Origin: Clostridia bacterium
GTDB lineage: Bacteria > Bacillota > DSM-521 > Neomoorellales > SLTJ01
DNA: 64,000 nucleotides
Assembly: GCA_024653205.1 (NCBI GenBank)
Contig: JANLFO010000002.1
Span: 15,776-79,775, forward strand
Reading direction: 5' to 3'
Below are positions 1 to 8,477 of the stretch, piece by piece. A program made the position numbers and the translations under genes. The number at the start of each line of letters is the position of its first letter. Within the stretch, counting starts at the first letter, position 1. The notes below the pieces were generated by a model. It ran no database searches, was not told where the DNA came from, and saw only the letters and a program-made list of their open reading frames with translations.

Positions 1-306
1 AGCGTCAACCAGCACCGTCGGCGCCACCACGGCCAGGCAGCGGGCCCAAGGGTCTACCAGGACCGGAACCGCACTTTCGGCCCACACCTCCCGGGCCGCC
101 TCCGGCTCCTCGATTCTGACCCCCCGCATCCCCTCCACGGCAACTTCGCCCTCGTATACCGCCTCGGCCAGGGCTACGGTTCGCCGGATCACGGTGGGAC
201 GGGAGAGTTCGAGCATGAGAACGCGAAAACCGCTGCGCCAGAGGCGGTGGGCAATGCCGGTGGCCAGGTCTCCCGCGCCTCGGATTATCACTGTTTCCGA
301 CCTCAC
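1..306 (-). CDS. yqeB: YqeB-family (XdhC-like Rossmann) maturation protein of selenium-dependent molybdenum hydroxylases; 5' part only, runs off the left edge
   Basis: Absent from the ORF track because it is open at the window edge. Manual minus-strand translation from GTG (complement of 304-306) gives VRSETVIIRGAGDLATGIAHRLWRSGFRVLMLELSRPTVIRRTVALAEAVYEGEVAVEGMRGVRIEEPEAAREVWAESAVPVLVDP.... SD GGGAGGAA is the complement of 317-324. Confidence 0.6.
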   Translation of the reverse strand, partial: MRSETVIIRGAGDLATGIAHRLWRSGFRVLMLELSRPTVIRRTVALAEAVYEGEVAVEGMRGVRIEEPEAAREVWAESAVPVLVDPWARCLAVVAPTVLVDA

Positions 307-325
307 AACCCGCGTATTCCTCCCA

Positions 326-1681
326 TCACTCCGGAGCCTGCTCCGGTGGGGCGATCCTTCGCCGCACTGCTTCCAGGTCTTCAGGCGAGTCTACGTCCAG
401 GTATACGCCCTCGTCCTCCACGGGTACGGCCAGGCCATTCGATCGCAGCTCCCGGGCTCCTCGGTCACCGGTAAGGCTATACAGGTCGGGAAAGCGACGG
501 CGGTCGACCAGCACGGGGTGCCCGGGGCGGCCGGCACAGGTGGGGTAGACTGCTTCCGCCCCGGTGCGGCCGTAGGCCGCCAGGATCGCCTCGACGGTAT
601 CCCGCCGCACCAGGGGGACGTCGCCCAAGAAGACCAGGACCGCCCGGGTTTCCGGGGGCAGGACGGCCAGACCGGCCTTAAGGGAGGCAGAGAGCCCCTC
701 CCGGTAGCGGGAATTGGTCAGGCGAACCACCGGCCGATCGCCCAGGGCCCGGGCTGCCTCGTCCGCCCGGTGTCCCAGGACCACTACCACCGGCTCCAGC
801 GGGCAGGCCAGGACGGTGTCCACTACCCGCTCTAGAACCGTCTTGCCACCCAGAGGGTATAGCAGCTTATTTCCTCCGAAGCGGCGGGAAAGGCCGGCGG
901 CCAGCACCAAGGCCCCCACTCCCAGCGGTCCGGAACCGGTCCACACCTCCGGTGCCTCGTCTTCGCGGACCTGCCCCAAAACGCACCTTTCCGCCCCCGC
1001 AGGCAACAAGAGACGCGCCGCCAGGCGGGCTGCCGCCAGGCCTTCCTGCCGCGGCCGGTTGAGCCAGACCGCCAACCGGCCGCCGGGAGCCTGGTTCCGG
1101 GCCCGGCGCAGGGCTTCGGTCAGGGCTGCGACCAGGTGGCGGACCTGCACCGGCTCTCCGAGTCTGGCCTCCGCAATTGCCGCCACCTTCTCCGGCCGGT
1201 GAACCCACGGGTCTTCAAGCGGCCGGCCCAAGACCTCCAGGCCGGCCAGGGCCAGCACCAGGCGGGTGGATGGGGGCACCACCGGCTCGTGGGGGGCGTA
1301 GCCCTTCAGCAACCTGCCTGCCGCACCGTCGGCCTCCACCAGCACCCAGGCGCGGGGGAGGTGGGCGGTTAGAGCGTCCACCTCGTCCGGGGTGAGGCCT
1401 ACTACCTTGCCCCCGCGCAGGCCCCGGGCCACGAACAGGCGCTTCCCGGCGCCGATCCCGTCAATCGCCGCCCTGACGCCCCGGGGATCGTCCCCGGTGT
1501 AGATTACCCGGTCGGCCTGGTCGGGAAGGGGAGGATACATTCGGGTAGTGGTGGTCAGCACCACCGCCTCGCCCCCGGCGGCCAGCTCCCGCCCCAGTCG
1601 GTAGACCAGGGTGGTCTTGCCGCCGGCGCCGATCAGGGCAGTCACCCCGGGTTCATTGAGAGCCAGCACTTCACGCAGCAT
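326..1681 (-). CDS. Fusion of a YqeC-family selenium cofactor accessory protein (N-terminal) with molybdenum cofactor cytidylyltransferase MocA (C-terminal)
   Basis: 451-aa ORF. N-terminus TALIGAGGKTTLVYRLGREL...VLVEADGA is YqeC-like. C-terminus GALVLAAGLSRRFGGNKLL...FLGDVPLV is a MobA/MocA-type nucleotidyltransferase. Confidence 0.8.
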   Translation of the reverse strand: MLREVLALNEPGVTALIGAGGKTTLVYRLGRELAAGGEAVVLTTTTRMYPPLPDQADRVIYTGDDPRGVRAAIDGIGAGKRLFVARGLRGGKVVGLTPDEVDALTAHLPRAWVLVEADGAAGRLLKGYAPHEPVVPPSTRLVLALAGLEVLGRPLEDPWVHRPEKVAAIAEARLGEPVQVRHLVAALTEALRRARNQAPGGRLAVWLNRPRQEGLAAARLAARLLLPAGAERCVLGQVREDEAPEVWTGSGPLGVGALVLAAGLSRRFGGNKLLYPLGGKTVLERVVDTVLACPLEPVVVVLGHRADEAARALGDRPVVRLTNSRYREGLSASLKAGLAVLPPETRAVLVFLGDVPLVRRDTVEAILAAYGRTGAEAVYPTCAGRPGHPVLVDRRRFPDLYSLTGDRGARELRSNGLAVPVEDEGVYLDVDSPEDLEAVRRRIAPPEQAPE

Positions 1682-1688
1682 GATAGTT

Positions 1689-2711
1689 CTACTTGCCGAA
1701 GGGGCAGACCGGGAAATGGCATTCCGGGCAGCGGCGGCACAGCCCGCCCACCGCCCGGGAGAGTATGTCCTCGCGGGAGAGGGTCTCCCCCGCCAGCAGC
1801 CGGGGCAGGACCAAATCGAACACCGTAGCCGGGTCGTGCATCACGCAGGCCGGCAGCCCCAGCAACGGCACCGTGTCCAGGTAGGCGAACATGAACATGG
1901 CGCCGGGAAAGATGGGGGTGCCGCGGGTTACTACCCGGGCTCCGGTCCGGCGGATGCCCGCCGGGGTGGTATCGTCCGGGTCCACCGACATGCCGCCGCA
2001 GACCAGTACCATCTGCAACCCTTCGGTGACCATCTGCTGGATGGCCCGGGCGATTGCCTTGGCGTCGTCGGGCAGGTAGAGAACGCGTTCCAGTTCCTGC
2101 TCAAAGGCGGAGAGCTTGCCTTTGAGGGCGGGGGCGAAGGCGTCGGCTACGCGTCCGGTGGCGAGTTCGTTTCCGGTTATAATGGCGCCGATCCGCACCT
2201 GGCGCCAGGGCTTGACCTCCGCCGCCGGCCCCAGCGGGGCCAGGCGCCGTTCCAATTGGGCCAGCCATTCTTCGCGCACTGCCAGAGGGATGATCTTCAC
2301 CCCGGCCACCATCTCTCCGGACTGTACCGGCTGACCGTCGTGCAGGGTAGCTACGGCGGCGTCTCCTTCCCGGTTCACCGCCTCCACCACCGGACGGTAT
2401 ACCCGCAGCAGCCCGGGGCCTTCCGCCACCAGGTTGGCCCTGCCCTCCTGGGGAGGGGTAACCTTAAGGCCGGGTCCGGCCAGGGCCTGCGCCAGGCGGC
2501 AGGCGGCGTCGTCCTCGTGTACTTCGCCGGCTTCGGGTTCGTAGACGTAGACGTACTCCCTGCCCATGGACAGGAGCTCGGGCACGTCCTCGGGCCGGAC
2601 CACGTGGCCCCGGCGGAAGGCCGGACCCTTGAACCGCCCGGCCACCACCCTGGTAAGGTCGTGGCCCAGGGCCATGCCTATGCTGTCTCTGACCGGCACC
2701 TTCCTGAACAT
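1689..2711 (-). CDS. Molybdopterin-binding (MoCF-biosynthesis/MoeA-like domain) protein
   Basis: 340-aa ORF with IGAIITGNEL...VLVCGGMSVDPDDTTP...IFPGAMFMFAY and a C-terminal CRRCPECHFPVC Cys cluster. Sits in the hydroxylase operon. Confidence 0.7.
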   Translation of the reverse strand: MFRKVPVRDSIGMALGHDLTRVVAGRFKGPAFRRGHVVRPEDVPELLSMGREYVYVYEPEAGEVHEDDAACRLAQALAGPGLKVTPPQEGRANLVAEGPGLLRVYRPVVEAVNREGDAAVATLHDGQPVQSGEMVAGVKIIPLAVREEWLAQLERRLAPLGPAAEVKPWRQVRIGAIITGNELATGRVADAFAPALKGKLSAFEQELERVLYLPDDAKAIARAIQQMVTEGLQMVLVCGGMSVDPDDTTPAGIRRTGARVVTRGTPIFPGAMFMFAYLDTVPLLGLPACVMHDPATVFDLVLPRLLAGETLSREDILSRAVGGLCRRCPECHFPVCPFGK

Positions 2712-2753
2712 TTGTTTGTGCCCGAAGGCCCTCCTCCCTCCGGCCGCGCCGGC

Positions 2754-3728
2754 CTACTCGCCCGACAGCGCGCGTCTGATCAGGGTCCTGGCTATCTCCA
2801 CCTTGTAGGCGTTGCCGCTCAGGGGTTTGGCTGCGGCCAGCGCCTCCTCGGCCGCCTGGGCGGCGATTCCCGGCTCCAGGGGCCGCCCCTTCAGCATTTC
2901 CTCCGCGGCCCGTGCCCGTACCGGGCCCGGGGCTACTGCCCCCAGCACCAGGCGGCAATCGGTAACCACCCCGTCTTCTTCCTTCACCACCGCGGCCACG
3001 CTGGCCACGGCAAAATCAATGGGCCGGCGCAGGGTGAACTTCAGGAAGCGCTGCCGGGCACCGGCAGGGGGCCGGGGCAGGTCCACGCCGACCACTATTT
3101 CGTTGGGCTCCAGGTTCTTGCCCAGGGGATGGTAGAAGTCGGTTACGGGCACCTTTTTCTCGCCCCCGGGCCCCGCGATCCTTAACTTGGCCTCCAGGGC
3201 GGCCAGGGCCACGGCGGTATCCGAGGGGCAGACGGCAAAGCAGCGCCTGGCTCCCAGGATGGCATGGAAGCGGTTGTCCCCTTGGGGGGCGTAACACTTG
3301 GTGCCGCCTTTGCGGGCGCAGGGAAGGCTGCCGCCAAGCCGGGCCGGGTAGCGGTAGTACCAGCAGCGCACCTCCTGGCACAGGTTCCCTCCCAGGGTGC
3401 CCATGTTCCTGATCTGGGGGGAGGCCACGGAGTGGGCGGCCTCGGCCAGGAGCGGGTAGTCTTCCCTTATGAGGGAAGAGCGGTCCAGATCCGCCAGACG
3501 CACCAGGGCGCCGAGGTAGAGGCCGTCCGGCCTTTGTTCCTGGACATCCAGGCCGGGCACGGTCTTGAGGTTGATCACCGCCCGGGGGTAGCGGGGCAGG
3601 CAGTCGGCCTTTAGCAGGCCCAGAAGGTCGGTTCCGCCGGCATTGAGCACCGCCTCGCCCGCATAGGTCTGAAGCAACTCCAGAGCCTCGGAAACAGATC
3701 GGGCATTGTAATGCGCAAACGATCTCAT
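2754..3728 (-). CDS. Xanthine dehydrogenase family, FAD-binding (medium) subunit
   Basis: 324-aa ORF. LNAGGTDLLGLLK is an FAD_binding_5 motif, with a CO-dehydrogenase flavoprotein C-terminal region. ATGA-type overlap with the upstream large subunit. Confidence 0.85.
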   Translation of the reverse strand: MRSFAHYNARSVSEALELLQTYAGEAVLNAGGTDLLGLLKADCLPRYPRAVINLKTVPGLDVQEQRPDGLYLGALVRLADLDRSSLIREDYPLLAEAAHSVASPQIRNMGTLGGNLCQEVRCWYYRYPARLGGSLPCARKGGTKCYAPQGDNRFHAILGARRCFAVCPSDTAVALAALEAKLRIAGPGGEKKVPVTDFYHPLGKNLEPNEIVVGVDLPRPPAGARQRFLKFTLRRPIDFAVASVAAVVKEEDGVVTDCRLVLGAVAPGPVRARAAEEMLKGRPLEPGIAAQAAEEALAAAKPLSGNAYKVEIARTLIRRALSGE

Positions 3729-6013
3729 CCCGCCTTCGCCCCCTCAGACCTTGCTTTTCCCAGTGCTCTTAGCACTCTCTCGGGAGTTGCCGGGTATTCC
3801 GTGAGCCAGGTGCCGATGGCGTTGGAAAGGGCCATAAGCACCGCCGCCGGGCCGGGGGAGGTGGCGATTTCGCCCACGCCTACGGCGCGGAAGCGGTGGG
3901 TGGGAAAGGGGGTTTCCAGAATCACGTGCTCCAGGGGCGGCAGGTCCAGGAAAGTCCGCCACTTGTAGTCGGCCAGGTTGGCGTTGAGCACCCAACCGTG
4001 CCCGGGGTCGACAACGGTTTCCTCGAAGAGGGCGCTGTCTATGCCCGCCGAGCCCAGGCAGCCGTTAAGCTGGCCGCGTATTCCCAGGGGGTCGATTACC
4101 TTGCCCACGTCCGTGGCGTTGACCACCCGCAGCAACCTGGTCTCGCCGGTATCGGTGTCCACCTCCACCTCCACGAAGCTCATCAGGCAGTTGGCCAGGG
4201 TGAAATCGGGCTCGAAGCGGCCGAAGCCCACGATGGTCCGGTCCACCCCCATGGCCTTCCAGGACAGCCGCCTCTGGGGATCGGACCTGACGAATACCTC
4301 CCCGTTTTCCGTGTCCAGATCCTCGGGCGCAGCGCCCAGCTTGGGGGCTAGGAGTTCAAAGAGCCTGCTCTTGGCGTCCTCGGCCGCCCGGATCACGGCG
4401 CTGCCGATGGCGTAGGTGCCCCGGGAGCCTACCGAGCCGAACTCGTAGGGGGTGATGAGCGAGTCCGCCGGTGCCATGGTTACCCGCTCCGGAGGCAGCT
4501 GCAGTACCTCGGCCGCCATCTTGATGTAGTTGCTCCAGTTGCCGGTGCCGAACTCGGTCACGCTGCAGAAGATTACCGCCTTGCCCTCCGGGTGCAGCCG
4601 CACCAGGGCCTCGGAGGCATCTTCGCCGATGTCGGCGTTGCCGTGTACTCCCACTCCTACGCCCACCCGCTTGCTTGCGCGGACTTCGGTGGGCTTTAGC
4701 CACCCCTTCCACTTCTGTTTCCAGCCGAAGATCTCGGCTCCCTTTTCCATGGCCGCGGTGTAGTCCACACCCCGGTAGGTGTACCAGTAGCCGTCCCGCC
4801 AGTAGTAGCCGTCGCCGGGCTTGATGTAGTTCTTTTTGAGGAACTCAAAGGGGTCAAGGCCCAGTTCGGCCAGGGCCCGGGAAAGTATGGGCATCAGAGA
4901 GCACTTGAGCTCCTGGCCCCCGAAACCCCTCACCATACCCGAGGCGGCGCGGTTGGTGCACACTACGGTGGGCTTGAGTTTCCAGTTGGGGCAGCGCACC
5001 ATGATCTGCACCTCGCCCAGGCCCACGGCTACCTGAGCCTGGGTGGTCATGGAATAGTAGCCCGTATCCACGTACCACTTCCCGGCCACGGCGGTAACGG
5101 TTCCGTCCCTCTTTAGCCCTACCCTTGCCTGGATGCGGGAGCCGAGTCTCAGGGTAAAGGTGGCCAGGTGCTCCTCCTTGCTCATTACCATTTTCACCGG
5201 ACGGCCGGTAGCCCGGCTGAGCAGGACGGCGTAACCGTACCAGCGCCAGGCCAGGATCTTCGATCCGAAGCTGCCCCCGCAGGGCAGGCCTATGGTCCTG
5301 ACCTCAACCTCCCGGTTCAGGGCATGGTAGAGCATGATCTTGTCCTGATAGGGAAACTGGGTGGACAGCCACAGGGTGGCCCGGTTGGGCTCCTCCCAGA
5401 GCGCGATTGCCCCGGGCGGTTCGGCGGGCAGGGGATTGGGGAACCCCTGGTAGGCGGCGCTGCCTTCCACTACCACATCCGCCTCGGCGAAACCCTTCTC
5501 TACGTCACCGACTACCAACTCCTTCAGGGACTTGGGGCCGAAAAAGGGCATGCCCGGCGTAACCACGTTGCCCGGGAACTCGGAATAGAGCTGGGGCGCA
5601 TCCGGTTTCAGAGCCGCGTCAACGTCCAGCACTGCCGGGAGGACCTCGTACTCCACCTCGATAAGGCCCAGGGCCTCCCGGGCGACCTCTTCACTGGTGG
5701 CGGCCACCAGGGCCACCGCGTCGCCCACGAAGCGCACCTTCTGATCCAGGATGCGGGTGTGGCGCGGCGTGCCGCCTCTCCAGCCGGGAGGAACGTCTTC
5801 GTAGGTAACGACCGCTTTGACTCCTTCCAGTTCGAGGGCCCGGCTCTTGTCGATGCGCTTGATAACCGCATGGGCGTGGGGGCTCGGCAGGACCAGGCCA
5901 TAGAGCATGCCGGGCATTTCCAGGTCGTTGAGGTACCGCACCCTGCCGGTCACCACCTCCACGGCATCGCGCCGCGGTACCGGCCGGCCGACAAACCGGT
6001 AGTTTTCACCCAC
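3725..6013 (-). CDS. Xanthine dehydrogenase/aldehyde oxidoreductase family, molybdopterin-binding large subunit
   Basis: Track ORF is 3725-6088. Start trimmed to the GTG at 6013 (VGENYRFVGRPVPRRDAVEVVTG...), 8 nt after SD GGGAGGTGA. The GTG at 6022 (GTGA overlap with the small-subunit stop) is the alternative. Confidence 0.9.
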   Translation of the reverse strand: MGENYRFVGRPVPRRDAVEVVTGRVRYLNDLEMPGMLYGLVLPSPHAHAVIKRIDKSRALELEGVKAVVTYEDVPPGWRGGTPRHTRILDQKVRFVGDAVALVAATSEEVAREALGLIEVEYEVLPAVLDVDAALKPDAPQLYSEFPGNVVTPGMPFFGPKSLKELVVGDVEKGFAEADVVVEGSAAYQGFPNPLPAEPPGAIALWEEPNRATLWLSTQFPYQDKIMLYHALNREVEVRTIGLPCGGSFGSKILAWRWYGYAVLLSRATGRPVKMVMSKEEHLATFTLRLGSRIQARVGLKRDGTVTAVAGKWYVDTGYYSMTTQAQVAVGLGEVQIMVRCPNWKLKPTVVCTNRAASGMVRGFGGQELKCSLMPILSRALAELGLDPFEFLKKNYIKPGDGYYWRDGYWYTYRGVDYTAAMEKGAEIFGWKQKWKGWLKPTEVRASKRVGVGVGVHGNADIGEDASEALVRLHPEGKAVIFCSVTEFGTGNWSNYIKMAAEVLQLPPERVTMAPADSLITPYEFGSVGSRGTYAIGSAVIRAAEDAKSRLFELLAPKLGAAPEDLDTENGEVFVRSDPQRRLSWKAMGVDRTIVGFGRFEPDFTLANCLMSFVEVEVDTDTGETRLLRVVNATDVGKVIDPLGIRGQLNGCLGSAGIDSALFEETVVDPGHGWVLNANLADYKWRTFLDLPPLEHVILETPFPTHRFRAVGVGEIATSPGPAAVLMALSNAIGTWLTEYPATPERVLRALGKARSEGAKAG

Positions 6014-6018
6014 CTCGC

Positions 6019-6555
6019 TCACCTCCCGGTGTTTCGGGCGGCCGCCTGCACGGCCTCCAGTACCTGATAGTGGCTGATGCAGCGGCAAAAATGACCGGAT
6101 AGGGCTTCCTTAACCTCGTCCTCGGTGGGATTCGGGTTTTCGTTCAGCAGGGCCCTGGAGCTCACCAGTATGCCCGGGGTGCAGAAACCGCACTGGAACG
6201 CACCGTGATCGATGAAGGCCTGCTGCAGGGGATCCAGCTCTCCGGTGTCCGGGTTCTGGAGCCCCTCGATGGTGGTAATCTCGCGGCCGGCACACTCCAC
6301 GGTGAGCAGCATGCAGGACAGTACCGGCTTTCCGTCCAGTAGGACGGTGCAGGCCCCGCAGCCGCCGTGGTCGCACCCGATCTTGGTGCCCTTCAATCCC
6401 AGGGTTTCGCGCAGGGTATGGGCCAGGGTATGGGTGGTATCCACCTGCCCCGGCTGTTTGCCGATCTCCAGCCTGTAGGGTCGGCCGTTCACCGTAAGGG
6501 TGATCCGTTCGGCCCCGGCTCCGCTTCCCCGCTGCTCGTAACCGGTCTCGACCAT
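6019..6555 (-). CDS. Xanthine dehydrogenase family, [2Fe-2S] small subunit
   Basis: GCDHGGCGACTVLLDG and CGFCTPG ferredoxin-type Cys motifs. Start trimmed to the ATG at 6555, preceded by AGGAGGGGG. Confidence 0.9.
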   Translation of the reverse strand: MVETGYEQRGSGAGAERITLTVNGRPYRLEIGKQPGQVDTTHTLAHTLRETLGLKGTKIGCDHGGCGACTVLLDGKPVLSCMLLTVECAGREITTIEGLQNPDTGELDPLQQAFIDHGAFQCGFCTPGILVSSRALLNENPNPTEDEVKEALSGHFCRCISHYQVLEAVQAAARNTGR

Positions 6556-6716
6556 GACTAGTAACCACCCCCTCCTAGAGACTGCCATTCAGTTTGAGGC
6601 GATTCTATCATAAGTTCAAAAGGCTCTCAATTACCGCCGGTTGAGCAGCCTTTCGGGATGTTGTCGGCCGGCGGCTACGAGTCGGTGTCTGCCGGTTGTT
6701 TTCCGCGCCCGGGCGT

Positions 6717-8315
6717 TTACCGTGCTTTTTCCTGAAGCCGACGCCGCACCTCGCGGCGCAGGATCTTGCCGGTAGGCGACTTGGGTAACTCCTGCAGGAT
6801 CACCACCCGCTTGGGTCTTTCGTATCCGGCCAGGTGAGGCTTGCAGTGTTCGAGCAACTCCTCCTCCGTGGCCACCGTTTCCGGCCACAGAGCCACTGCG
6901 GCGGTTACCATTTCGCCCCACTTTTCGTCCGGCAGGCCTACCACCGCTGCCTCCTTGACCGCAGGATGGCGGCAGAGAACGTTTTCTACGTAAGAGGGGT
7001 ATACGTTCTCCCCCCCGGTCACGATCATGTCGTCCTTGCGGTCCACCAGGTACAGATAGCCGTCCTGGTCCATCAGCCCGATGTCGCCGGTGAAAAGCCA
7101 CCCGTCCCTGATCTTCTTCCGGGTGAGTTCCTGCTGCTTCCAGTAGCCGGGAGTGGTGGTCTCCGCGCGCACGGCAATCTCACCGATCGTGTTGCGGGGC
7201 AGCTCGTTGCCCCGGTCGTCTACGATTCGTACCCACAGGCCGTAGTGGGGCCGTCCCACCGAGCCGAGGCGCTTCCTGGCGGTCTCGGAAGCCCCCTCGC
7301 GTAGACCGGCCAGGTGATCTTCCCGGCTAAGGGTGGACACCAGAGGCCCGTTTTCGGTAAGTCCGTAATTCTGGATGAAGCGGTGGGCGCCGAAGAATCT
7401 TGCCGCCTTCTCCAGCAGCGACTGGGGCATCGGAGCGCCCACGTACTGGATGGTTTTGAGATTGTCGAGCCGGTAACGGTGCAGGTCTGGCTGTTCCAGT
7501 AAAGCGGCAATCATGGTGGGGACTACTTGGACAAACGTGACGCGTTCTTGTTCCAGCACCTCAAGCACCGTCCGGGCCTCGAACCGGGGAAGCAATACGT
7601 TTATTCCCCCCACGTAGGCAATCGCCGAGGCGGTAGCGTGTCCCCCGGAATGAAACAGGGGCATGACCACCAGAGCCACGTCCTGCGGGGTCAGACCCAA
7701 TTCGGTTACGTGGGCCTTGGCGGATTCCAGCTGCATATGGTGGGTGAAGACCACCCCTTTAGGCCGGCCGGTGGTGCCGCTGGAATAGATTATGTAGGCC
7801 GGATCTTCGTCCTCCATTTGCACCTCCGGTTCGCGGGAATCGGCGGTCGCCAGGGCCTCTTCGTAGGCCTCGCCAATAGCGGGCGGCGAGGTGGCGTCGA
7901 ACACCAGCAAATGCTCTAGGTTTCTTAGCTGCGGCCGGATGGAGCTTACCGGTTCGACAAAATCCTCATGCAGCAGGAGGATCTTGCTTTCGCTATTGTC
8001 CAGTACAAAGGCCACGTTGTCTGCCGACAGCCTCCAGTTGACCGGCACCCCCACAAAGCCGCCCTTCTCGCAGGCCTGCATCCATTCCAGGTATTCCGCG
8101 CAGTTGTAGGCCAGTATGGCTACCCGTTCTCCCTTTTCCAGGCCTCGGCTTCTCAAGGCCCAGTAGAGCCGATTGGCCCGGGAGGCCAGCTCGGCGTGGG
8201 TCAGACGCCGGCCCCGGTCTATTACCGCCGGGCGGTCCCCCAGGTAAGCAACGTTCTTCTTCCAGAGCTCTTTGCACCAGCTTTCGGCCAAGGACCTGCC
8301 CCCTTTCCTGAACAC
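6717..8315 (-). CDS. AMP-dependent acyl-CoA synthetase/ligase (substrate unknown)
   Basis: 532-aa ORF with the AMP-binding signature YSSGTTGRPKGV, plus GDIG...DRKDDMIVTGGENVYP and PKSPTGKILRR. Confidence 0.85.
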   Translation of the reverse strand: MFRKGGRSLAESWCKELWKKNVAYLGDRPAVIDRGRRLTHAELASRANRLYWALRSRGLEKGERVAILAYNCAEYLEWMQACEKGGFVGVPVNWRLSADNVAFVLDNSESKILLLHEDFVEPVSSIRPQLRNLEHLLVFDATSPPAIGEAYEEALATADSREPEVQMEDEDPAYIIYSSGTTGRPKGVVFTHHMQLESAKAHVTELGLTPQDVALVVMPLFHSGGHATASAIAYVGGINVLLPRFEARTVLEVLEQERVTFVQVVPTMIAALLEQPDLHRYRLDNLKTIQYVGAPMPQSLLEKAARFFGAHRFIQNYGLTENGPLVSTLSREDHLAGLREGASETARKRLGSVGRPHYGLWVRIVDDRGNELPRNTIGEIAVRAETTTPGYWKQQELTRKKIRDGWLFTGDIGLMDQDGYLYLVDRKDDMIVTGGENVYPSYVENVLCRHPAVKEAAVVGLPDEKWGEMVTAAVALWPETVATEEELLEHCKPHLAGYERPKRVVILQELPKSPTGKILRREVRRRLQEKAR

Positions 8316-8477
8316 TTTAGAATACGACCGAGGGGGCCCGTGCTCCTGCCCGGGCCGGGAGTCCGAACGAATCTAACCCGCGCCCAAGTTTTTTGGTGGG
8401 ACTCTACATAGACCGGAAAGGAATAGAAATGTTAAAATTAAGCGGAAATCCAGCATTTTCTCCTGGGGGGATGGGAC

